The notes under the pieces were generated by a model. It worked only from the letters and a program-made list of their open reading frames with translations, was not told where the DNA came from and did not search any database. 64,000 nt of DNA, from IMG/VR virus record IMGVR_UViG_3300033498_000048, positions 160,001 through 224,000 of that record; one strand, written 5' to 3'. The first letter of the stretch is position 1, and each line of letters begins with the position of its first letter. This DNA comes from a virus. Its lineage: Duplodnaviria; Caudoviricetes. Positions 28,671 through 38,543 of this stretch are shown one piece after another. The translations under genes were made by a program, and so were the position numbers.

Positions 28671-29021
28671 TTGGAAATGGCTTTAATTGACAGAATGGAG
28701 CTTGAAATGTGCGATTTAAAAAAAGAGTGTAGTGTGTTAAATGATGTGCTTAAAGAGCAGCATTTTGGGTTAAGTTTTTACGATACCCATTTTGATATAA
28801 TCCCAGAATTAAAGTTGTTTAGGGTGATAGATATTGCTATAGCTGCATACACATTAGATAGTGCAATTAATTATTATAAAAAGCATATAGGTGTTGATGT
28901 TGACATTAACGATGGAGACGTGTATGAAATTTCTAATTCTCAGATGGACAATTATGTTGGTGTGACACTGAAGTCCAAAACGGCAAAAGAGTTTGATTTT
29001 TTATTTAGGTGGGAGATATAG
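28671..29021 (+). CDS. hypothetical protein
   Basis: ORF in operon. Confidence 0.55.
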   Translation: MEMALIDRMELEMCDLKKECSVLNDVLKEQHFGLSFYDTHFDIIPELKLFRVIDIAIAAYTLDSAINYYKKHIGVDVDINDGDVYEISNSQMDNYVGVTLKSKTAKEFDFLFRWEI

Positions 29022-29024
29022 GTT

Positions 29025-30188
29025 ATGTTATACATTCCAAGTCAATTAAGAATTGGTTATAGAAATGATGGTGAATCATATAATGGAAAGCTAGGTTACA
29101 TCATACACATGGACAATAGAAAAACAGTTCCTAATGGGTGGGAAAAATGGAGAAATAAAGATATACACCCGATGGATATTCAAAATGTTCCAACCACTGG
29201 GTTTAAATTAGGTAAGGCAGTTGGTGGTGGACGCTCGTGGAATGCAAGACAAGATTGGGTTAGGGTTTATGACCCAAGAGGTTTTGAATTTGAAATATCG
29301 GTTGATAATTTATTGATTATATTGGGAAGCTCCAATAGTATCCATAAAGAATTGGAAGGTGAATTTGTTTATTCGTGGAATAGACAGCAATTAGTATTAT
29401 TACCAGTAGATTCAATTGAATACCGAGATGCTATGTTAGATACTATGGTTGTAACGAGTGGTAAAAAGTTCAAAAAAACAGATTTGATTATTGGACACAC
29501 ATACACGTTTAAAAACAAAAAACAATATGTGTATATTGGTAGCGATTATAATACACATAGGTTTTATGACACAACTAGGATTGATAATTCTAGGGATAGA
29601 GTTAAACTTGGTCTTGACTTTTTTGACTATTTCTACGAGACAACATCACTAACACAACTGTTGTACATATCAGATACTATTGATGATAATTGGACTGAAT
29701 TATCACACCAAATGCAATTTTCACCAGTTTTTCACGTTTGTACTTCCGTAGAGGAAGTTGAATTTGATACTGAAAACATACCTGAATTATTGGAATATAT
29801 GTCTACAGGTAAATCAATTAGACTTAATTTTCAACCAATTCGAGTTAAATGTAGTAATAAGACTGTATTTGGTCCAATGGAGATAAACTTAAAAGGCAGA
29901 TTGGACTGTGTTAAAACATTGATTCCATGGGATTATGCTATGGTTAATCCAGATAGAGAAGTATCAGATGGTGTTTTTGAATTTAGATTCCCAACGGAGT
30001 ATTGTTATAAATTCAAATGTGAACCATTATTTACCAAACAGAATGTACATTACAATGTAGTAACACTTACACTAGATGAATTAATATCGAAATTTTATGT
30101 GGTATATTTAAAACATAATTTATCTAACGGTAACTATTATTATAGTGGAAAGTTAGATAATAGACGGAACAATAATTATGAAAATTAA
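29025..30188 (+). CDS. conserved hypothetical protein of large phages
   Basis: GKLGYII...WEKWR...NVPTTGFKL...RVYDPRGFEFEISVDNL. Confidence 0.65.
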   Translation: MLYIPSQLRIGYRNDGESYNGKLGYIIHMDNRKTVPNGWEKWRNKDIHPMDIQNVPTTGFKLGKAVGGGRSWNARQDWVRVYDPRGFEFEISVDNLLIILGSSNSIHKELEGEFVYSWNRQQLVLLPVDSIEYRDAMLDTMVVTSGKKFKKTDLIIGHTYTFKNKKQYVYIGSDYNTHRFYDTTRIDNSRDRVKLGLDFFDYFYETTSLTQLLYISDTIDDNWTELSHQMQFSPVFHVCTSVEEVEFDTENIPELLEYMSTGKSIRLNFQPIRVKCSNKTVFGPMEINLKGRLDCVKTLIPWDYAMVNPDREVSDGVFEFRFPTEYCYKFKCEPLFTKQNVHYNVVTLTLDELISKFYVVYLKHNLSNGNYYYSGKLDNRRNNNYEN

Positions 30189-31419
30189 TAAACTTGAAAT
30201 TCAAAATTTCAAATGTATTGAAAATGCTACAATTAAATTTAATTCCAGTATGACAGTTTTAATTGGTGATAATGGAACTGGTAAAACAACAATATTAGAT
30301 GCGTTGTCTTTTGTATTGGGGGCTTTTTTAACTGGGATTGATGGAACTCCAAAACGACCATTAAAAACAACTGAGAAAAGACAGATTCACAACAAAGATG
30401 TTTTTGTAGTTCAATTGCCACTTAGAACAACTGTCCAGTTGTCGCTATTGGGTGAAGATTATTGTTATTACTTACAATCGACTAAAGAGAGTGGTAATCC
30501 AAGCTATATTAATGCAAAAAAGTTAATTGACAAAGCAAAAGAGTTGACTAAACAAGTTAGGTTTGGAGTTGGAGTTAATTTGCCATTAATGGCTTATTAT
30601 AATACTACATTTGAACACAAAAACAAAGAAGTCGCATATGCAAAAATGACATCACGCTTAATAGGTTACGATGATTGTTTATTTCCAGAGGTTGTATCTT
30701 ATAAATTTTTAAGTTGGTTTAAAACATTTGAAGATTCTAAATTAAAATTTAATAAAGATGATGGCTTATATAAAGCCTTTACTAATGCTATTAGTAGTAT
30801 GATTCCTGAATGGAAAAACATTCATTATAATTGGAAAGAAGATGATATTGTTGGACAATTAGACAATGTTGGTTGGACATCTTTTAGAATGTTAAGTGAT
30901 AGTTATAAACACATTATTCGCATTGTAGCTGATATTGCTTATCGTGCAATTAAATTAAACCCTCACTTAGGCATCAATGCTGTTACAGAAACAGAAGGTG
31001 TTGTTTTAATTGATGGAATTGATACACACTTGCATCCCAAATGGCAACGAGCAGTGGTTTCTGGTTTTAAAAGAACGTTTCCCAATATTCAATTTATTGT
31101 TACGACACATTCGCCACAATTGTTAAGCAGTGTTCATAAAAACGATATATTTATCTTAAAGGGTAATAAATTACATCAACCATCCAGTAATCCGATTGGT
31201 CGAGATTCCAGTGATATTTTGGCTGAAATTATGGACATTACTAAGCGTCCTGATGATATTCAAAAACTATCCGATAACTATTTTTCTTTACTGAATAAAA
31301 AATTATTTGAAGAAGCTCAAGAAGTTCGTAACCAACTGTTGGATAAATTAGATAGCAAAGACCCTATTTTTATTAGAGCAGATGCAATGATGACACGATT
31401 GCAATTGTTGAAAAAATGA
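30178..31419 (+). CDS. PtuA-like (Septu/retron-effector type) ABC ATPase with altered catalytic motifs
   Basis: GDNGTGKTT, LSDSY, VADIAYR..KLNPHLG, LIDGIDTHLHPKWQR, QFIVTTHSPQ. Confidence 0.85.
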   Translation: MKINKLEIQNFKCIENATIKFNSSMTVLIGDNGTGKTTILDALSFVLGAFLTGIDGTPKRPLKTTEKRQIHNKDVFVVQLPLRTTVQLSLLGEDYCYYLQSTKESGNPSYINAKKLIDKAKELTKQVRFGVGVNLPLMAYYNTTFEHKNKEVAYAKMTSRLIGYDDCLFPEVVSYKFLSWFKTFEDSKLKFNKDDGLYKAFTNAISSMIPEWKNIHYNWKEDDIVGQLDNVGWTSFRMLSDSYKHIIRIVADIAYRAIKLNPHLGINAVTETEGVVLIDGIDTHLHPKWQRAVVSGFKRTFPNIQFIVTTHSPQLLSSVHKNDIFILKGNKLHQPSSNPIGRDSSDILAEIMDITKRPDDIQKLSDNYFSLLNKKLFEEAQEVRNQLLDKLDSKDPIFIRADAMMTRLQLLKK

Positions 31420-31543
31420 CATATTGTGTTGTTATAATAGCTTGGACACACCGACAATCACTGGAGTTAAACGATATGTGAATAATACTGTCATAGTGTG
31501 TCCAACAACAAAACGTTGCTTAGAACTAAAATAAAAATATGTT

Positions 31544-31975
31544 TTGACAACGTTTTTTAAACCTATTATAATACCACGCATTAGTTACACCAACTGTGAG
31601 AAGAATATGAGTACAACTTTACAAGCACTAGACAGATTGATTAAATGTCACGATTCATTAGCATATCCAAACAAACCACATAATAGTCCAGCAATAGATA
31701 ACGAGTTAATTGAGCTGTTTAATAATGATGCTAGTTATTATGCAGTTGATATTGATGCTATTAGAGATGGAAGTTATTTTGGAAGACAATGTTCAATTGC
31801 ATTTTCAGAGTCTCCAATTATGGGAACTTCAATTGAGCTTGAAATTGCTTGGGATAATACAAATATTGCTGTTTATACTGCTAACCATAATGGTTATTGG
31901 GTTGCACCATACACAACTAATAAAAACGTATTAAAGGCTTGGAAACAGTTTTTAAAGAAACATTTATTCATTTAA
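31544..31975 (+). CDS. hypothetical protein
   Basis: ORF; start may be internal (MSTTLQ). Confidence 0.55.
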   Translation: MTTFFKPIIIPRISYTNCEKNMSTTLQALDRLIKCHDSLAYPNKPHNSPAIDNELIELFNNDASYYAVDIDAIRDGSYFGRQCSIAFSESPIMGTSIELEIAWDNTNIAVYTANHNGYWVAPYTTNKNVLKAWKQFLKKHLFI

Positions 31976-32136
31976 TTGGAGATATATCATATCACTAACC
32001 ATTTGAAATCACTGTCAGTAAAAAGCTAATGCCAAACTTAGGTCTGACAATTTAACATATAATGGGATTGGATTTTTCGATTCGATTTATCTTGGTGCTA
32101 TTAAACACTTAAATCCAGCAGCTACAGACGAACAAT

Positions 32137-32373
32137 ATGGCTGATGTGTATTTAGGATATATACCAGATTTAGACGTTTTTGTATCAGTATGGGACTTAT
32201 ATGATGATAATACTTTGGGTAATGTTGTGTTTATAAAATTTATTGGTATTGGAAATGCAAAGGTAACTAAATTGCTTGATTTTGGAACATCAGTGTATAA
32301 TAAAGATGGGAGCATATCGATACTTGAAAAAGAACTACACAACGATACGATAGTTGATTTTAAATTGGACTAA
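32137..32373 (+). CDS. hypothetical protein
   Basis: ORF. Confidence 0.45.
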   Translation: MADVYLGYIPDLDVFVSVWDLYDDNTLGNVVFIKFIGIGNAKVTKLLDFGTSVYNKDGSISILEKELHNDTIVDFKLD

Positions 32374-32376
32374 GCT

Positions 32377-32625
32377 ATGAAACAAATAACAAAATATTTA
32401 CAAGAAACATTACAATTAATTCCAGATTGGGATTGTAATGATTACTATTATGGTGACTCAAATATAGAAGTTTTACACGATAAGGTTTGGATATGTATTC
32501 AGCATATATATGGAGCGTATGTTGTTTTGATAGCCCCAATTAATGAAGCAGCTATAAAGAAAACATTACAAACCGAGGAAGATGTTATTGAATTATTTAA
32601 TTCTGTTTCACTAATCATTTCATAG
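32377..32625 (+). CDS. hypothetical protein
   Basis: ORF. Confidence 0.45.
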   Translation: MKQITKYLQETLQLIPDWDCNDYYYGDSNIEVLHDKVWICIQHIYGAYVVLIAPINEAAIKKTLQTEEDVIELFNSVSLIIS

Positions 32626-33301
32626 TCCATATTGGGTCAGTAAACACTAAATGAATTTTAGAGCCATTGTATCGCATCATAATATTATTTCCATGTACAT
32701 CTGGTTTAAACTTTTTGAACAATGGCTCTAACAATCTAAGTGCATTTTTTAATTTTGGGTCTGGAGTATTAGTCATCATTAATTGTCTATAATTTGAATC
32801 TTTAAATCTATTCCACATTGTTTTTATTGGGTCATAATAATCTTCAAATTCAATATCAGTTGGAACCAACCCTAAAACTTGTAACATCTTCAAAACTCGT
32901 TCTGGTTCAAAATCCTTAATACTGTTTAGTTTTTCCATTGAAATTAATAATATTTGTTTGCCCTTATATTGTTTATATTCTAAGTTTTGTTGTAGGAATA
33001 TAACATCTTCTGCTGATAATTCAGCACGGTCATATAGTTTAAATCCACGCACTATTGGAAAATATGGATTATCTTGATGGTTAGAACACAATCGTAGAAA
33101 CTGAATTGATGGGTCATTATCTCCAACAACATTAACAACTTTTAAAACCGAGCTAGGTTGCGACTTCATTGAATATACAGTTGATTGTATGCCTGTTCCT
33201 AATACTTCCATATTAGGATTATTGAAGACTCCTGTTATTGGCTTATTTGACTTTGGAATCTCAATTTTCTTTTCTTTTAAGAATGTGTTAAATGTTAGCA
33301 T
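32615..33301 (-). CDS. protein kinase-like enzyme with capsid-targeting-like N-terminus
   Basis: MLTFNTFLKE; LGTGIQSTVY (Gly loop), VLKV, MEKL (hinge), DVHGNNIM (catalytic loop), FTDP. Confidence 0.75.
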   Translation of the reverse strand: MLTFNTFLKEKKIEIPKSNKPITGVFNNPNMEVLGTGIQSTVYSMKSQPSSVLKVVNVVGDNDPSIQFLRLCSNHQDNPYFPIVRGFKLYDRAELSAEDVIFLQQNLEYKQYKGKQILLISMEKLNSIKDFEPERVLKMLQVLGLVPTDIEFEDYYDPIKTMWNRFKDSNYRQLMMTNTPDPKLKNALRLLEPLFKKFKPDVHGNNIMMRYNGSKIHLVFTDPIWTMK

Positions 33302-33303
33302 AG

Positions 33304-33770
33304 TTAATTCGGTGTTAAAAAATAATATGTATCTTCATTGTCATCAACAACCTTATCTAATTTCAGTCCAGGTATAAATTTACTAGCACTATTTGACAAT
33401 CTACTATATAACTTTACCCGACTAGGTTCATTATTAGCAGCACATAATCCAACATGATTAACATTGCCATTAGATTTCAAATATTGTCTGATTGCATCAA
33501 ATACAATTGAAAATATGTAAATTGAATCTGTGCCTGATGGTAACAATTTTGCTGTGAATTTTCCATCTTTATCGGTTCTATCAAATGATATATGCAAGTA
33601 GTTGTATCTGAAACTTTTTAGATTTTTCATGGAAAATAAAAGATACTCGAATTGTGTATTCTCCATCATCGTAAGAATATAGGGTAGAATCGCTACTCTT
33701 AATTTCGATAGAAAATTTTATGTCATTTGAATTTCATTTCTTTCAAATATTCATTGAACGGTAATATCAA
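33304..33770 (-). pseudogene. frameshifted third paralog of the EPSRVKLY family
   Basis: The C-terminal part (track ORF 33304..33669) aligns with 34297..34827. The N-terminal LPFNEYLKEM and a middle segment lie in other frames. CATAAATA at 33783-33790. Confidence 0.55.
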
Positions 33771-33791
33771 CTCAAAAATAATTATTTATGT

Positions 33792-34280
33792 TTAGTTACA
33801 TTTCAACAGATAATATTCATTATAATTGAAAGTTTTTTCTACTGAGTTTAAGTTGCGACTAAATTTTGTGATGTTTTTATATATTCTGTCATATAATTTC
33901 ACCCTGGATGGTTCATCTGCATCAGCCGAAAAAACAATATAATCGTGGTTTTTTGATTCAATTGAAATTACTTGGGTAACTAATGAAAGGATAATATATT
34001 CGCTATTATTGCTGTTGGTGATTTCGTATTCACCATTTGTTGAAAATTCAACTCCACAAACACGTTCATTATCCGAAAATCGTTTATTAAATATGTCGTT
34101 AAGTAAATTTATATCCATGCCAAAAAACTTAACTTGGATTATGATATTCCCATTCAATGGAATATCATAATTTATATGTCCATACTTAACATATCTTTTA
34201 AACTTAAAACCATTCAGGTTGTATCTGGTTAATGTTACCTCGGAAATATAATCTTTAAACTTTAACATTTTATTGTCCAC
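33792..34280 (-). CDS. EPSRVKLY-family protein, putative internal virion protein
   Basis: MLKFKDYISE; FSADADEPSRVKLYDR. Confidence 0.65.
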   Translation of the reverse strand: MDNKMLKFKDYISEVTLTRYNLNGFKFKRYVKYGHINYDIPLNGNIIIQVKFFGMDINLLNDIFNKRFSDNERVCGVEFSTNGEYEITNSNNSEYIILSLVTQVISIESKNHDYIVFSADADEPSRVKLYDRIYKNITKFSRNLNSVEKTFNYNEYYLLKCN

Positions 34281-34296
34281 ATTTGTTTTACGAATG

Positions 34297-34827
34297 TTAC
34301 TTGGAAAGGAAATACCATTTAGCCGAGTGACTGTTAATTATTCTCTTATTAGTGAATCCAGTTAAATATTTTTCTGCCTGTTTAAAAAACCTATCATACA
34401 ATTTTACTCTGCTAGGTTCACTAAAGTCGGCTGAAAACTCAATAGTTTCAACTTGTGAATTACCTTTTAAGTATTGTCTTAATGCCTCTAGTACGACTGA
34501 AAATATTGTAATAGCAGCACCACCACTTGGAATAATACCCCACCCTTCTTGGTCATCTCGCTTAAACGTAACATCCACCATATTTTCAATGAAAACTGGT
34601 ACATCCACCATATTTTCAGTGGAAACTGGTGCATCCATATGATAATCTTTGTATTTTTTGAAAAAACGGAAGGTTATCTTTAGTGGTATATCACCAATGT
34701 AACATTTGTAATAGGTGTTATTACCTGCTGATGTAATGGTAAAATCCATTTCCACACCAAGACTGAACGACATTTCATCCAATTTGTGTTGTTGTGTTAA
34801 TATAAACTGATTAAATGTCTTCATCAT
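34297..34827 (-). CDS. EPSRVKLY-family protein, putative internal virion protein
   Basis: MKTFNQFI; FSADFSEPSRVKLYDR; TATAAATA at 34845-34852. Confidence 0.65.
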   Translation of the reverse strand: MMKTFNQFILTQQHKLDEMSFSLGVEMDFTITSAGNNTYYKCYIGDIPLKITFRFFKKYKDYHMDAPVSTENMVDVPVFIENMVDVTFKRDDQEGWGIIPSGGAAITIFSVVLEALRQYLKGNSQVETIEFSADFSEPSRVKLYDRFFKQAEKYLTGFTNKRIINSHSAKWYFLSK

Positions 34828-34931
34828 ACTAACCTAAAAACTATTATTTATATTAAATCATTTCAATATTATGTTGACTTGAGTAGCTTGTAGGTGTAAA
34901 TTGCACACAATAACAACAAAGGGCTTTAATC

Positions 34932-35297
34932 ATGTATGAAATTATTGTAGCAGTTGAACAAGGACACGATGGTGATGACCAATCAGAATTTCCAATAGAA
35001 ACATTGGAAATTGACCAATCAAAATCTTTAGATGAAGCTAATGAAAATGTACGCAGGATAAAAGCCTATGATGATTTTGCAGCTATCCACAACCATCCTC
35101 ACATATACAAAGATGAGTTAAATACTCCTCGACCAGATTGTATGACCGAAAATGGTGATTTATTATTGGTGTCTGGAGGTAAAATTGTGGTTGTACCATC
35201 ATGTGAGGTTGGCTTTGGTGGATATTATGATTGTATTATATCAATTGGTATATCGCTTCCATCAAATTTAAGAAAGGCATCGCAATCTAAAATTTAA
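34932..35297 (+). CDS. hypothetical protein
   Basis: ORF after a TTGACT promoter-like site. Confidence 0.55.
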   Translation: MYEIIVAVEQGHDGDDQSEFPIETLEIDQSKSLDEANENVRRIKAYDDFAAIHNHPHIYKDELNTPRPDCMTENGDLLLVSGGKIVVVPSCEVGFGGYYDCIISIGISLPSNLRKASQSKI

Positions 35298-35317
35298 CTA
35301 TTCTTACAGGATAAATC

Positions 35318-35593
35318 ATGTCAAAAATAAAAATTCACACAATTAAAAAAGTTACAACATCGAGAATAAGCAACAGTCCAGACCGTGAATATACACAAGA
35401 GGGTACACTTGCCGAACTGATAGAGTATTATAGCTATACACTAGAAACGGGTAGAAGTTATGGACATGAACGTGGAAATAAAAAGATTAATGTTAAACCA
35501 AAAACAATAGGTACATTAATCACAAACCTCAACAATGCTGTAAACAACGTAGCCTCAGACGGGTACTCAATGACAACTTATGAATTAATCTAA
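35318..35593 (+). CDS. hypothetical phage protein
   Basis: ORF with AGGA SD. Confidence 0.6.
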   Translation: MSKIKIHTIKKVTTSRISNSPDREYTQEGTLAELIEYYSYTLETGRSYGHERGNKKINVKPKTIGTLITNLNNAVNNVASDGYSMTTYELI

Positions 35594-35956
35594 TTGGTTG
35601 TGAGTTATATTCCATAGTAAGCTCACAATCAGTAATATGTATTAAACTAATAATCGGATTGGTTTATTGTAACCATGCAATGTGTTATTAGACAAGTCTG
35701 TGGTATTTACACAAAATACCTATTCCAATATAAAAACATCCAAGTTCATTATACGCTCAATAAATTTTGAATCTACAATTAACACTTTAAATATTCTAGG
35801 TTTTTTGAATATGTGCGAATTAATATTTTCATAGTTCGCATACAATCATCAAAAGAATCATATTGTCGTAAATATTGCGATTCCATACTCAACGTATATT
35901 CTAGCGAGCTAAGTTCTGTAATATCTTTATTAACAACTTTTCACGATGTTTATCCA

Positions 35957-37240
35957 TTAATCACATCTTGGAATCATACCTCTTATCCAATGTAACTCTG
36001 GTTCCACTTTATTCCTATCAATAGAATATGTTTTAATACCATCATTCCAAAATTCTTTTTTAGCAGCATTCGGTTTATTTTTCTTTAATCTTGGTTTCAT
36101 TCCTTTAATCCAATGTGATTCTGGTACGTCATCAACCGAAATAAAATAGTTTTTAATTCCATCGTTCCAATAAACCATTTCACCTGCTTTACGTTTTAAA
36201 TCCGAATTAACATTCCTTTCTAATCCACCCTCATTCCAACCATCTCCAGGATGTTCTTTAAATTTCTTAGTGATAATCCCATTATTGTAAGATTTTGACC
36301 CAATGTTAGCCTGTTTAGCTTTAATGGCATTCTCAATGTACATTCTAGTTAAAGCCTCAGTTTTTTTAGCTCCAAGGTTTAATAGCTTGACATCTGGATT
36401 ATCAGTAGTAGTCCAACCATAAGGTGTAATTCCATCTGGGTGATAATAAAATTGTTTTCCTGACATTGCTTGTGAGTGTTTCTTTTTTTCTATTACAAAT
36501 CGGTATTCACGGCTTTCTGAGTCCAAATATGGCATCCACCCTTGTGCTAAATATTCGTTTAAATCTATTTCATTAATTACAAACTTCTTATCAATATCAA
36601 GAAAGTACAATTTAATCTTTTTTAGATTATCTTTAGCGTTGCTCATTAATTGTTTGGATTCATTGGACATTTTATATCCCATATTATTTCCAACTAAATT
36701 TAGTTTTTTAATTAACGGACTATCTGTTTGTAAATAAAAACGATTACCAAGCTCGTCTTTATAAGTTGACTTATTCTTATGGAATTGTGAATGATATTTT
36801 TTTAGTGGAACTCTAATACTAGCTAGGTATCTTATTTGGACACAAGTAGGGATTAATCTATATGATAGTCTTGAATTGGTATTAGAATTGAAATTATATA
36901 GCATACAAAATAACGCATTAGTTTGTGAACCTTTATATGTTTTGTGTAACAATATGTGAGCTATAATGTGTTGTCTTGATGTTAGTTTAACTTTATTCCA
37001 ACTATGCAAATTGAAATTGGAATATTGTGGAAATAAGTCTTTTGCTTTAGGGCAAATGTGATGATATTCAACGTAATCATTTACATTTAACGATTCGTTA
37101 GCAATTTTACAATGATTTATTAATTTGATATATCTATTAAGATAATGTGAATTGTGTTTTTTTGAACTTAGAATGGTTTGTATGTCTTCCATTAATAACT
37201 TCCGTTTTAGTTTAGTGACTATACCGTAATTATAACACAA
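35957..37240 (-). CDS. free-standing HNH homing endonuclease with NUMOD-like C-terminal repeats
   Basis: EYHHICPK...NKVKLTSRQHIIAHILL; repeated (Y/W)N(D/N)GI units. Confidence 0.8.
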   Translation of the reverse strand: MCYNYGIVTKLKRKLLMEDIQTILSSKKHNSHYLNRYIKLINHCKIANESLNVNDYVEYHHICPKAKDLFPQYSNFNLHSWNKVKLTSRQHIIAHILLHKTYKGSQTNALFCMLYNFNSNTNSRLSYRLIPTCVQIRYLASIRVPLKKYHSQFHKNKSTYKDELGNRFYLQTDSPLIKKLNLVGNNMGYKMSNESKQLMSNAKDNLKKIKLYFLDIDKKFVINEIDLNEYLAQGWMPYLDSESREYRFVIEKKKHSQAMSGKQFYYHPDGITPYGWTTTDNPDVKLLNLGAKKTEALTRMYIENAIKAKQANIGSKSYNNGIITKKFKEHPGDGWNEGGLERNVNSDLKRKAGEMVYWNDGIKNYFISVDDVPESHWIKGMKPRLKKNKPNAAKKEFWNDGIKTYSIDRNKVEPELHWIRGMIPRCD

Positions 37241-37244
37241 AAAT

Positions 37245-37276
37245 AAGCCTGTAAAGACGAAAAACTTTACAGGCTT
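37245..37276 (-). terminator. intrinsic terminator after the major capsid gene
   Basis: AAGCCTGTAAAG/CTTTACAGGCTT stem followed by ATTTTTG on the minus strand. Confidence 0.75.
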
Positions 37277-37303
37277 GTAAGTTATTGATTTACAACAACA
37301 ATT

Positions 37304-38485
37304 CTATAAAAGATTTGAAACTTTTATTTTCCGATAATATACGTTTTGATTAGCACTTAAGCTAGTGAATGGATTAGCGATAATCCCGTAACGGGTTTTG
37401 AAACCGATAGCAGGTTGGAACGAATCCACGCTAGTAGCTCTAACCATTTGCAATGGAACATAAGGACAATAGAACACACCTGCGTCATAAGCATTTGAGC
37501 CTTTATAGCCAACAACGTATGAATCTGAGCCTAAATATGGATCCACATATACTTTATACCGACCCATTTGACCAGCATAAGTAGTACCAGTAACATCGAC
37601 TTCTAGTGCAGTATTAGCTTGGAGGTTAGGGTTATAATCTAACAATCCAGCCATAACTAGAGCAGATGCAATATCAGCACCAGTAATTAAGATATTACCT
37701 TTACCACGTCTGGTTTCTGCTGCGATAGCATTAGCATCGCGTTCAATAGCAAACAATAGCCCTTTATACCGTTCTAAAGACCATCTACCATCTGAATCAG
37801 CTTGGAGGTTAAATGTACCAGGAACACCTGTCCATTGCGCTCCAGGTTTAGCAACAGAATAGATTTTACGGATAACTTCTCTGTTATTTTCAGCGATAAT
37901 TTCAGTGGATAAAATATTGCTTAATTCATTTTCGGCATCTAAACCATGTAAAGCTCTTAAATCTTGTGCTAACTCCATTGAGTAGTCAGCTCTTAATTGT
38001 CTAGTTTGTGCTGTAACCGAGGTTTTCTCGATTGTCATTGACATACTATTCCAAGCATCTGCTTCGCCATCTGCTGTAACTTTACCAGTTCCTGTTGAAT
38101 ACAATGGGTCGTATGGGTCTGTACCAACTTGTGTACCTGCTCCAGAGAAAGCAGAATCGGTTTCTTGGAACAATGCTTCAGCACCAGTTTTATTTGTGTA
38201 TCTAGCTCGCATAGCAAACACTAAACCAGTTGGACCAGTCATTGGTTGTACACCACAAACATCATAAGCAATTAGTTTTGGAGCCATCCGTCTTACCAAT
38301 GAGATAAGAATAGGATTCCATTGGTCTACGTTTCCAGTGTTAGATACGTTTGACACTTCATTCAAAAATCGTTCTTGATTTTCTAATAATTGTGCTGTTA
38401 CTTTTCTTCTATGTTCATCTAAAATAGGAGCAGCCTTTTCAGTGTTTAAAAGTCTATCCCATTTTTCAACTAATTGTGAACTCAT
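37304..38485 (-). CDS. gp23: major capsid protein
   Basis: LISLVRR.MP.LIAYDVCGVQPMTGPTGLVFAMR, YCPYVPLQM, GFKTRYG. Confidence 0.97.
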   Translation of the reverse strand: MSSQLVEKWDRLLNTEKAAPILDEHRRKVTAQLLENQERFLNEVSNVSNTGNVDQWNPILISLVRRMAPKLIAYDVCGVQPMTGPTGLVFAMRARYTNKTGAEALFQETDSAFSGAGTQVGTDPYDPLYSTGTGKVTADGEADAWNSMSMTIEKTSVTAQTRQLRADYSMELAQDLRALHGLDAENELSNILSTEIIAENNREVIRKIYSVAKPGAQWTGVPGTFNLQADSDGRWSLERYKGLLFAIERDANAIAAETRRGKGNILITGADIASALVMAGLLDYNPNLQANTALEVDVTGTTYAGQMGRYKVYVDPYLGSDSYVVGYKGSNAYDAGVFYCPYVPLQMVRATSVDSFQPAIGFKTRYGIIANPFTSLSANQNVYYRKIKVSNLL

Positions 38486-38517
38486 TTGTTAAATCTCCTA
38501 AAAGTTTTTAATTGTTA

Positions 38518-38525
38518 TATTTATA
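38518..38525 (-). promoter_or_regulatory. T4-type late promoter
   Basis: TATAAATA upstream of gp23. Confidence 0.85.
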
Positions 38526-38543
38526 ATTTAATTGAATTTGGAT

